This document shows, in pieces, positions 38,624 to 49,399 of a DNA stretch of 64,000 nucleotides; position 1 is the first letter of the stretch, and every line of letters starts with the position of its first letter. Origin of the DNA: Basidiobolus meristosporus CBS 931.73 (Eukaryota; Fungi; Basidiobolomycota); assembly GCA_002104905.1 (NCBI GenBank), contig MCFE01000379.1:20254-84253 (forward strand), written 5' to 3'. The translations under genes were made by a program, and so were the position numbers. The notes below the pieces were generated by a model that ran no database searches, was not told the origin of the DNA, and saw nothing but the letters and a program-made list of their open reading frames with translations.

Positions 38624-39994
38624 ATGTCAGGGTTTGAGAATCTCTTGGAGCAGTTGCTCATTATCTGCCGTGTACTTAGCTTAGCCAATTCCCAGAATTT
38701 CTGTTGGACAATAGAGTTATTTCAACAGGGCGAGGCTTGGTGTACTCATATACAAACTGTACTTCAAGAATTGTCCAAATCAGACCAAGTGGAGGTGTAC
38801 GACCTTCTGTTGAGCCAGGTTGACTCATCTTTACGTATACCTAGCTTGAGAGTTTTATTGGAAGCCAAAGTTCATTTTTATAAGGCTCTTTTCCTAAACG
38901 AAGCCCTCTCAAAGTTGCTTGTTTCTAAAGTATGGTCGACTTGGAAAAGTACGAGTACCTCCAAAAATCTCTCAAGAGTAAGTCAGGTTGTGAATGCTTT
39001 AAAAGCTTGTTTCCCCGGATTGAACTTCCACTCGTATAACCTAGAGTATTCAAGCCGTTGCTGTTACCACAGCCTCGATCGATATTATGCTGGAAGCTAC
39101 AAAAAAAGCTGCTTGAGAGAATCCAAAGTCCGAAGTCCAACGAAGGTATTACTTGTGTAATGTTTGCTGATCATTAGCTTAGGTGGTAATGCTATATTGA
39201 TTTATTAGGGGAGGGATATGTAACTCGGTATAAGTATAAGCTCTCGCCTAGTTCTACCGTCAAGAATGTTATGGCGAAAATATGGCTTTTAAGGATAATC
39301 CAATTGGTTGTAAAAGAGTTGAATGGCTTTGATGCAGCGACGATTGAAAAGCACATTTCACTAGAATGCAAAAATTTGGTTGAAAACCAGTCAGGGGGAA
39401 TGGTATGGGCTAGCGGGCTTATTGTGGTTTACTGTTCATACATTCATGTGAAGCATAGTCTAACTTGAAATTTGTTGCTCCAGGAAATTCTAGTATTATG
39501 CTTATTTTTGAGGGATGAAGATCTCTCTCGAGCTGTAGAGATGAGGAATATCAAACTTGAGGAAGACTCCATACCGCCTGTTCAGCTGCTGTCTTAGCAA
39601 GTGGCTTTTGATGAAAGTTGTGTCGAAGGAGACACCGATCACGAGCAAGTTGTGGAGCCTTCCGTACTGGATTTTATGTCAGTTGGCTAAAACACATCCC
39701 ACCTTCTTGCCACATTATCTCAGTCATCTCAAGTCGATGACCAAACTTTGTCAACAGAGAATGGCTAACGTTGATGGTTGGGCTGGTATCTCAAAGTGCG
39801 GATTCACCGATTTGAAGTGTACGTGGAATCTACTCGTAACTACCACAGCAGCAGGTCTTGACCAGCAAGCTCGAATGGCACTTCAAGGGCTGCGGCATGA
39901 GAGCCGTAGCAGCTTTGAGGATTCACTAGTATTACATGGTGAACGTGAAATCATGTATCAGCAATATTGGAGTCGTTTTTTTGATTTGAAATAA
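38624..39994 (+). CDS. FANCF: Putative Fanconi anemia group F (FANCF)-like protein, multi-exon, possible frameshift near 39545-39590
   Basis: N-terminal W-x10-W (CWTIELFQQGEAWCTHI) followed by ALFLNEAL, and C-terminal LWSLPYWILCQLAKTHPTFLPHYLSHL...GWAG, match the FANCF pattern as I recall it (TWDPATVRRALQWARYL...LLENRAL; WALPAGLLTSVTSRHPALSPVYLGLL...GIWVG). Not database-confirmed. Confidence 0.6.
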
Positions 39995-40372
39995 TCCCTG
40001 TACTTATGCTAAGCTTAGCCAACAGTAGTATAGATTGTGACTGCGCCTTAAAAAATGTAAATATTTTCCACCTCCTCTTCAACCCGCATTCAATCACCAA
40101 ACCGCAATCACTTCATAAATTAATACGCTCATTCAAAGCTCATTAGTGTGTGATGAATCATCCTTGGAGTAGTAAACTTTATGTTACGTAATATTCGTCG
40201 TTTTTACAAAAAGTGCAAGTTTTTAATGCTCAGGAGTTCTCGTGTACAAAGTTAACAAGCGTTTATAACATCATTTATGAAATTTACCTTTGTCATACAT
40301 ACCATCACGTTCTCGACAATTGGATTCTGGCGAATTATATAAGTTACTGATACCTCCTTCTGATGAGTTAAA

Positions 40373-41631
40373 ATGAATATTTCTGAGAAAAGAAGGGTCA
40401 GCGGTTCTAATAATGAAGTAAAGGGGGATGAAATGAAATTTCGCGACGAGAAAAGACCTAAGGTATCCAGTAAGTACTTCAGCCAAAGCCATACTCAAGT
40501 CAGCCTTGAATCACCGGAGAGAGAAGCATCAACTAATGCTGACACGAATGTTGAATGCAATGGCAACCTATCAGATATTTCTACCAGAAGTATCCCGTTG
40601 TCATTCAAGCTTGTAAGGAAGATAAAAAGGCAAGGCGAACTGGACTTGCTGTATTTCCAGAGACTGATACCAGAAAAGTTGGCTACCAATCTATTTCAAT
40701 GGTGTTTGTCCGAGTTACCTTGGTATAGAGTACAGTATACTGTTGGCAACAGGCACGTATTGACACCGCGATGGACCACGTTATTTGGAAAAGATTTCAC
40801 GCCACACACGCCGACAGACAAGGTTTATCGTAGAAAGCCTCAGCCCATTCCCAAGAGATTAATCGATCTCGTTAAATTAATGGAGTCATATATCGACCAA
40901 GTCAATAATTCAAATGAGATAATAATCCAAAAAAATAGCACCCCGAGCTCATCACACGATATCAGAACCATGTTCAGCAGAGTAACATCTAAGAAAACCC
41001 CAAAGCCTGAAAGCACAGCTGATGATACATCAAGCATACTACAGCAACCATTAGCTGGCCCACCGAATTCGACGCCGCAGGGGAAAGCTCCAAACAAATC
41101 AATCGACTATGATCGAACCGCTTTTAATATTGTACTTTTGAATTATTATGAGACTGGTAGTGACTCTATCAGTTACCATTCAGACGACGAAAGCTTCTTG
41201 GGCGTCAATCCAACCATCGCCAGCTTTACACTTGGTGGCTCAAGGGATTTCCTTATGAAGCACAAAGTTAATTCTGACCTGAAGGAGAAGTTTACCTTTG
41301 CGAATGGCGATTGTTTGGTCATGCAGGTAAGTAAGCATACATACCAAGCAATGTAATGGGTCGATTCTTAACCCCTTTAATCTAGGGTGGCACTCAGAGT
41401 AATTGGTTACACGCAATCCCGAAGAGAAACACTGCAGTACAACCAAGAATTAATATCACGCTGAGAAAATCCATCAGTATAGAGGGAACAAACAATTACT
41501 ATAAAGTAAGTAACGCTGCAGATAACAGACAACACGCAATTAGTAACGCGTTCATTACCGTGTAGTTCAACGTTGGAGATGGGGCTGCTTACCGCTATCG
41601 TCAAGGTAAAATGGTTCCAGAGATGAGCTGA
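40373..41631 (+). CDS. AlkB-family 2OG-Fe(II) dioxygenase (ALKBH2/3-like), introns 41327-41385 and 41506-41565
   Basis: NIVLLNYYETGSDSISYHSDDE (HxD), ASFTLGGSRDF, GDCLVMQ|GGTQSNWLHAIPK and RINITLR. Confidence 0.92.
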
Positions 41632-42051
41632 CCCTACTTCATTTCTGAATAGATTTGGTGAATAGCGCAACCAAGATATCTGAGCAATAAAAAGTTACTG
41701 TGTATATTTAAGGTTTTTGGTTGTGAAACCAGGATATCTTCATATAGACTAGAGAGGAACTGCAGCGGCGATCAGCTACCAATCATTTCCCTGGAAGGAG
41801 CAATGCGCTTCGGATTCCAAATCGGATGTTGAACTCGGTAATACTACTTGGATAACATATACAAGTGAACACCAGTACAGCCACAACCAGAGTCATGTGA
41901 AGAGTTGGGGTGAATATCTGCTCAATATGAACCCTAAAAGTATTGGCTTAAGAGTGAATATAATCGTGTGAAGTTCTAAATTAATTCCTGGGCTCAGAAT
42001 TGGTATAAATATTGCGCTTCAACCGTCAACAGCAGGCACGTTATTTGAACT

Positions 42052-42930
42052 ATGGAGGCTAATTCAAACCAAGTGTCTTCCAATCATGCGTTCACTCGAA
42101 TGACTCCCTCGTCAATCATGAGTTTGACGAGCTCTCACTCTATACTTCCTTTTGCCTTGCCAAGTATTCAGTCGGCATCGCCAGATACCTCTCCGAGCCT
42201 TCACCCTCATATGTTGCCTTATACTTGTTATGATATGCATGATTCGCCCCTGGTTTCTCCAAGCTCAAGTACACAAAATTCACCAGCAAGCAAGCCTATC
42301 AAGCCTTTAATTAGCCCTAACCTTCGACAGCTTCTTCCAGAAGGTATTACATTTAAATCTCTATGGATACCGCAGCTCCTATGCTAACCTTGCAACAACC
42401 AGGTTCCCTTCGTGCTGAGCATGCAGCAATGAGACTAGCAACCAAAAGCAATTACCAGAATATTCTAGACGGTGATTCAGAGTAAGTGGCTGATGAACAT
42501 TATCTCTTGCGGGTTGACTAACGGTATGTCAGGGTTATAGGGCTGAAATACAAGGTAGACATACAATCAGGAATGGAAGTACGTAGAACAAACCACAAGA
42601 CTGCAGAGCAAAAAAGACGAGACCTTTTAAAGCAATGCTTTGAGGATCTCAAATCCGTAACGCCCGATTTAAACGAAAGGAATATCAGCAAGGAGTATAT
42701 TCTAAAGAAATGTAATAACCCCATTGAGGCGTACACTTGATTGACTTGCTAACTAAGCTAACTTCTGTTTCAAAGGCCACACACATATATTGTCATTGCG
42801 CAATCGAATACGCCATAAGGATGACTACATCAAAGTACTCAAGTCCCAACTTGCTCGCAGGGGAATCACACCAGTACAATCTCCCCAAGGGAAGACCTCA
42901 CTTGAGATGGAGAACCTCACAATGGCATGA
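42052..42930 (+). CDS. bHLH(-Zip) transcription factor, Myc/Max/MLX-type basic region, multi-exon
   Basis: Spliced RRTNHKTAEQKRRDLLKQCFEDLKSVTPDLNERNISKEYILKK|CHTHILSL (H-x3-E-x2-RR basic motif), encoded at 42571-42710. Not shown in the ORF track. Confidence 0.85.
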
Positions 42931-43672
42931 ATACAATGGTTGAATATATGTACATACTCTATTGTTTCTATCTCTATCCCGGTAATAAATCCCCCAATAT
43001 CATGTTATCTACGCCGTATGTTCATCAACTGGGTTTCCTTACTTGGCTGTTTCTTTCATGTGTTACAAATACTGGTTCAGCAATTTCTCGGATTCAACTC
43101 ATTTCCACGTGCCTTATGAATGGAAGATAATAGGCCTTCATGTAGACTCCAGGTAGCTCAGTGATGCGGGGATGACTATTGATTAAAGAGCATCGTGGAC
43201 TGTGAAAGCATATTCATTGGTTTGAGTGGCCTCACAATTTTGGTACCTATCCCCTAGTGCCAATAAAGTGGAGCTAATCCAAGCATCTGTTTCACCAAGG
43301 GCCCATTCTATTGGATACATCAGCAACGAAATCCACACCACACTTCTCACCCTTGATTGGTTGGAGGCACACAGGTTTTCTCTCAATTTCGGTTAGAGAT
43401 GCTGCTTTCCAGTGTACTTAGAGGTAGGGATATGATGGTCGGATGAAACCAATAATCCCATGAAGCGTGTAGAAAGACTGATGACTACAATATGTTGGGT
43501 ATCGGAAACCAAACGTTAAGAGAAGAGTTACTGTGTAATTAAATACGACTTGGTTGTTCCCAGTAAATAGCTATTGACCAAAGCAACCGGTGTATGGATG
43601 TAATGCTTCAAGACTACATCAGTACCACAGCGACATATTGTGATTCTTACATAACCGCCCCCTTCAGTGGAT

Positions 43673-43744
43673 GCCTGCTTAGCGCAGTGGTAGCGCGTCA
43701 GTCTCGTAAACTGAAGGTCGCCAGTTCAATCCTGGCAGTAGGCA
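43673..43744 (+). tRNA. tRNA with anticodon CGT (Thr by anticodon) on an elongator-Met-like body
   Basis: Cloverleaf: acceptor GCCTGCT/AGTAGGC, D arm GCGC/GCGC, anticodon arm TCAGT-CTCGTAA-ACTGA, T arm GCCAG-TTCAATC-CTGGC; T5 terminator at 43748. Confidence 0.93.
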
Positions 43745-43881
43745 ATATTTTTCCGAAATTCATCAAATTAGAGGATTAAAGAATTTTTGATTGGACATGT
43801 GGCTTAAATTTACTTTGAATCCCATAAGTTTTCAGCTCCATGTAATAGAAGACCTCTTATACAAATGTGAACATAGTCGAA

Positions 43882-43913
43882 TGTCAAGTCCTTCGGGACC
43901 TCTGACACTTGAA

Positions 43914-43944
<31 letters not shown>

Positions 43945-44006
43945 GGCCCCTGCACAAGGATGACACGTAAATCTTGAGTGGACACCTCTTCGGAGGACAT
44001 TTTTTT
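43882..44006 (+). ncRNA. U6: U6 spliceosomal snRNA
   Basis: 5' UUCG hairpin GTCC-TTCG-GGAC, core AATTGGAACGATACAGAGAAGATTAGCATGGCCCCTGCACAAGGATGACACG and a T7 terminator. The 5' end is approximate. Confidence 0.96.
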
Positions 44007-45080
44007 CGTGTCCGAATCCTTAATTAGTGTGATTAAGCGATGTGAAAAATGGAAGTATTTGTTCAAGAGTAATTTGGTGAGCTGTGCCTGGCTCGTCAAT
44101 AATCCATTTTATATGACGGTGAACGATCATGTTTTCTCGTTATGTGGTCTGGCAAGGTGTTAAGCACTTAATGGGAGCCAAACTTATTTTGCATTTGTGT
44201 AGTATATATTTACCTCAGGTACATATTTTCTCAAGTACTCGTTGATATGGTCCATACAAGAGTGGCGGAAAGTCGTTGGAAGACTCCCCCTATTCTTCTT
44301 TCAAAGGGGAAATCCCACAGTTATCTACCAGGTTCCTGGGATTTTCTCAGCCATTTTATTGATTTAGAATGAATCCAGACGATTCGTAGAAAGATGGAGT
44401 GAAATTTAGCCAATGGAGTCCCTAGAAGCCCTTGATACCAATTCTTCAATAAAGATAAAGAAACCACCAAACTTGGCGCATCTCTTCAAAGATATCGAAA
44501 TCTTACTTGCGTCAGTATGTGAAATTTCCCCCACTTTCACTGGATGAAATACGGTCGCAATCACCTGGATATTCTCTGCAATCGCCAAATCAATTTCAGA
44601 TAATGCAGCGAGGATATACTTGGTTAGATTCCATCTGGGCTCGTCGTGGAGCGAAGGAAGAGCAGAATACGGAGCAGTCACATTCACTGCAAAAGGGAAT
44701 GCTCCGCAGGCCTGTGCTACACGATCCAAGATAAAGCGACAGTAAAATAGGCAACAAAAATCCATGCCGCATTGATATTGTAGTAAGATGCATCAAACCT
44801 TGGCCATTATTGCTTGCTCCTTACAACTCATCCACCGGCATACACGTCCACACCAGCCTCAATAGTGTCTCGAGGGTCGATTTCATTCTCCCTCCTCAGA
44901 TTGGCTCGCCACTATACTGACAGTTTTTTTTTCACCATCCTCCAGCTGATAGGTGCCAAATCAGTAAATTTGGATTGGGCAGACTTGACGTAGTGTTCAC
45001 TCTATTGCTTTATCTATAATAGAGCACCTTGCTACCCTTTCAGCTTTGGTGACTTTGGATACCATTTGACCCATTTGGCC

Positions 45081-46737
45081 ATGGATGATAAGCAACTGGA
45101 CTCACTTTCATCCTCCACACGTTCAACCTCAACCAGACCCTTGACTCTCTTTCCAACATGCAGCAGCGCAAATTTAGATAGGAGTACGTTGTACCATGAT
45201 GCTGTTGCAGCCAGTGACTCTCAAATTGCTAGGGCAGAGCGAGAGCACGCTGCCCAACGAAAGCGTGACGAAGAAGCCAACGATGCGGTTATGAGAGACT
45301 CGACCAGGAGAAGATATAGAATATGTGCGTCTACGGACTCCGATGATCAATCCACTCACTCGGGATTCGGTCACAAAGTTAGACTTCATGCCAAACTGAT
45401 GCGCGTGCGAAGTGGAGACGGACAGAAAGTGACCGATATGGAGCTGTTTTTCGACTTGGTCTACGTGTATGCCAGTAAGTATCACGTTTCTGGTTACATG
45501 CAAGACGACAGGTACTAACATCTGTATAACAGTAAGTGTTATCTCCGACACAATGGTAGAGCATCTAGTCTGGCAAACAGTACTCGAGATGTTAGTCGTT
45601 ACCCTCGCAGTATGGTGGGCTTGGATCTACACCACCTGGACCACGAACTGGTAAGCTTTCGATAACGATACTTGGCAAATGAGATTTCTCACCACTTCCG
45701 TTAGGCTCAACCCCGATTCGTATCTAGTACGCCTATTGCTGATAGCAGTCATGCTTACCAGTCTGATCCTCTCCGCTGTCATTCCTGAAGCGTTTGGTGG
45801 ACAAAGTATGCTATTTGCCTGCATGTTTGTCTTCATCCAGGTTGGGCGGACATGCGTTGTTATTACCTGCCTACACGGCCATCGACTCCAAATCAATTTT
45901 ATTCGCATCCTGGCCTGGGAGGTTGTTGCTTCCATTTGCTGGATTGTTGGCGCAGCTGTTGGGGGCACCCCTCGGAATATTATCTGGGCTGTAGCCCTTC
46001 TTTTCGACTATATCTCTCCCTTGACTGGGTTTTACACTCCTGGGCTGGGCCGATCCATCACTTTGGACTGGACGATCCATGGAGGGCATATCGCTGGTAA
46101 GTGAATGGTTGTATGGTGGCCTATGACATGTAGCTTATCTCTCCGCCTTGCAGAACGCTGCTCGCTTTTCATCATTATTGCGTTGGGCGAGTCCATCGTG
46201 GTTACAGGTGAATCGTTTCGAAAGGCGCTTTACGAACCTGCCGGCGTGGGGGCTTTCTTTATTGCATTTCTTGGATCAGCATCTATGTGGTGGATCTATT
46301 TCCATTCCAGCTCCACCGAGGCGACCGAATATGTCGAAAACTCGGAAGACCCGGGAAGGATGGGCCGAATGGGCTATACGTACATCCACTGTGTGATGGT
46401 AATCGGTATAGTTTGGTGTGCTGTTGCGGATCGGCTCAGTATTGACGAGCCGCATCTGATCCCTGCGCATGAACACAGGATGACCGATGTAGCAATCATG
46501 ATCGGAGGGCCAGCCATATTTGTTCTGGGTCACGCGCTATTTCGTCTTACTTTTAGTCCCAAAATCCCGTACGCGCATATCTGTTCTGTTGTCGTCTTAA
46601 TTTGCCTCACTCCTATGGCAATTCATATCCCATTATGGGGGACAGCCTTGGTTACCACTGCGATTCTCCTGGCACTCAGCATCTATGAAACTTATTGGCG
46701 GTGCATGATCGTGCATGGGCCTATATTCCAATGCTAG
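45081..46737 (+). CDS. ltrA: Low temperature requirement A (LtrA)-family membrane protein, 3 introns (45475-45532, 45651-45704, about 46098-46153)
   Basis: ELFFDLVYVYA, WWAWIYTTWTTNW|LNPD and HIA|ERCSLFIIIALGESI family motifs; multiple transmembrane segments. Confidence 0.88.
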
Positions 46738-47340
46738 TGTTGGGGGAAAATAATTTGACCGTCTCAGTGTCATATTCAGCTTTTAGTCAATCTTTACCCA
46801 CATACTGGAATAGGCCAAACTTGACTCACGTACTGGACAGTGAAGTGCACTCCTTGAAGGTAATCCATTCGTCTCGCTCGAAGGGAAAAACCCATTTAAC
46901 AACGCACGATTATTGGTCAGACAAACATAGCTTGTGAGTGTGAACCATCTGGATGTGGAGGGTAACTAGAAAGAAAAATTGTTCATCACAATACGTCACT
47001 TCGAAAAGCCGCTTACGTAGTAAAAGATGTGTGTAACATTCAACAAATGACGCTTTGTAAATGTGTATGATCCAACATACATATACATATATGCATAGAC
47101 AATAAAAATATATTGCGAGTCTGTCTCACTGCTCCGTGCTCACATGGTATAAAAACCCACCAGATTTCCGACCCGCACTGTTTACAACCCACCATATTCC
47201 CGATCCACAGAGTATAAAAACCCACCAGGTTCCCTAAGTTCCCCCCCCCCAAATAAAATCATCAAATATGCACTCCCGTCTCCCGCTTAACCCAGGTAAG
47301 TCAGCTCCAAATAAGATACTGGCAGCCAAACTAAATCTGT

Positions 47341-48213
47341 ATGTCAGATGACCGACTAGGGGATATGCTCCGTAAAAACAAGGAATGGGCCAAAAAGGTC
47401 CAAGGTGAAGTCCCCCAATTCTTTGCCACTACTGCCAAGGGACAATCCCCCAAAATTCTATGGGTTGGCTGCTCCGACTCGAGAGTTCCCGCCGAACAAG
47501 TAGTACAGTGTGGTATGCTACATATGCAGTGAGATAAGCATCATTCATGCATTTATCCAAATGCTTGCATTGTGTAGCACCTGGGGACCTCTTTGTTCAT
47601 CGGAACATTGCCAATGTGTGTCTTCATACCGATTTAAACTTCTTGTCGGTGCTTCAGTATTCAGTTGATGTGCTCCAAGTGGAGCATATTATTGTGTGTG
47701 GTATGTAAGACAATGTGCGGATTCTCAGCCATTTTCATAACCAGTAACACGTCTCCACAGGGCATTATGGATGTGGTGGAGTTGCCGCATCCACAGAAAA
47801 CAGATTTCACGGGTTGATCGATTCTTGGCTGTGCAATATTAAAGATGTGTACCGAGGTGATTGAATTGTGGGTGTGCTCTACAACTTCGAATATCCACTA
47901 ACCTTATCCTTCTGTAGCCAACAGAGTGAATCTTGATGCAATTGAAGATTTGGAGGCTAGAAAGGAGCTGTTGGTTGAGCTAAATGTTAGCAATAGTGTT
48001 TACAATATTTGCCATAGCCCAATAGTTCAAGCAGCCTGGGACCGAAACCAGCCATTATCCGTTCATGGCTGGTGTTATGCATTGTCAGATGGCTTAATTC
48101 GAGAGCTGGGACTAGTTGTTTCAAACAAAGAGCAAATTGAACATGTGTACAAAATGGCAGTAATGGAGAGGAAGACGAGTATTAAGGCTAGCCAGAGCGC
48201 CTCCCAAGAGTAA
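47341..48213 (+). CDS. NCE103: Beta-class carbonic anhydrase, 3 introns
   Basis: [30 protein letters not shown]|GHYGCGGV and ELNV. Confidence 0.95.
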
Positions 48214-48364
48214 CCACGTGCAAAATAAATATCTGGTAGAATTGAACAGGCCTCATCCTTATATAATAAGTCATTGTTAATGTGGATCATGTTACAACTG
48301 ATGATATACTCCTAATTATTTCATCAATCCTTGGGCAGTATAAATAATGCAGTTTCTACTTAGG

Positions 48365-48860
48365 TTTGTTGAATGTAAAAGTGGTATTTATATGTTTACA
48401 AGATCTGGACAAAATAAACACGTAGAATATGCTAAAGAAGGTCCCAAAGTATGTGTTCAAAGTCTGGAGGCTTTTACACAACTTTGATAGTTTTCATGTT
48501 CTAGATACTTGACATTTTGGTAAATGCTGAAAACAATTTGGACCAGAAGTATTAAAGTTTATAAACTATGATCTGAATGCCTAAGCCAATGTAAATATTT
48601 AGGTGTAAATACAAAATTTGCTACACTCCTACTCAACTACATATTCCTATTAACCCAACCTAATTGTGATCGAGGATATTCGAATTGTCTCTAGCTAATG
48701 GTTTTGTAAATGTCTCCAATCATTGCATCAGTTGGGCAGTGAACTCAGCTAAGTTATTTTCTATAGTTTCCTCGATGTCTAATATACATATGCTTAGCTC
48801 TTGCATTAAAAGTTGGATTCCTACTGGATTATAAACAACCTTGATTATCCATTACTGTTC
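48365..48860 (-). mobile_element. Degenerate copia remnant (partial LTR plus RNase H end)
   Basis: Similar to the LTR (gaatgtaaaagtggtattta) and to the RNase H end (gtctctagctaatggtttt). Confidence 0.75.
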
Positions 48861-49399
48861 CAAAGAATTAGCAAATACCTCACAATATTGATTCGAAGTA
48901 AATTATCGTTTATCTAAAATTAAACAAGTATCCAATATATAAAAATAACTACCTAGAACACCACAGCTACTTGATCATTATTGCTGCAATTCCTTTTTTC
49001 GAAGCCTGCTGGCTCAATTGTAATCCATGAAACGTGGCACTTGACCGTACCTTGGTTAGACACTAGCAATGCTATATGATGGTGCTGCTAGTATTGTTGA
49101 AGGATTTCTGAGAGTAGAGCAAAAATTCCGGAGCAGAATATAAGTTGCATGATATCCACTTGTTAGTACATTGGGGCCAACAGAGAAGTGTATAGAGCCA
49201 ATGAGAAGAATACTCTATTCAAAGGCCTAGCGTTACATCTCGATACAGCGGAGCAAATTCCATTTAAATACCGCATTAGTTGCTTTCCACTAAAAGGCTC
49301 TGAGCTAGTAAGATTCAATTGGGAGATACACGCTTAATAGGCTGATTATTATATTATTTACTCTAGATACATGTAAGATTTAAAGGGTCGCGTATTACT

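Noticed and set aside
44400-44800. Small ORFs between U6 and LtrA
   Set aside because: Too short and without motifs; cannot be supported.
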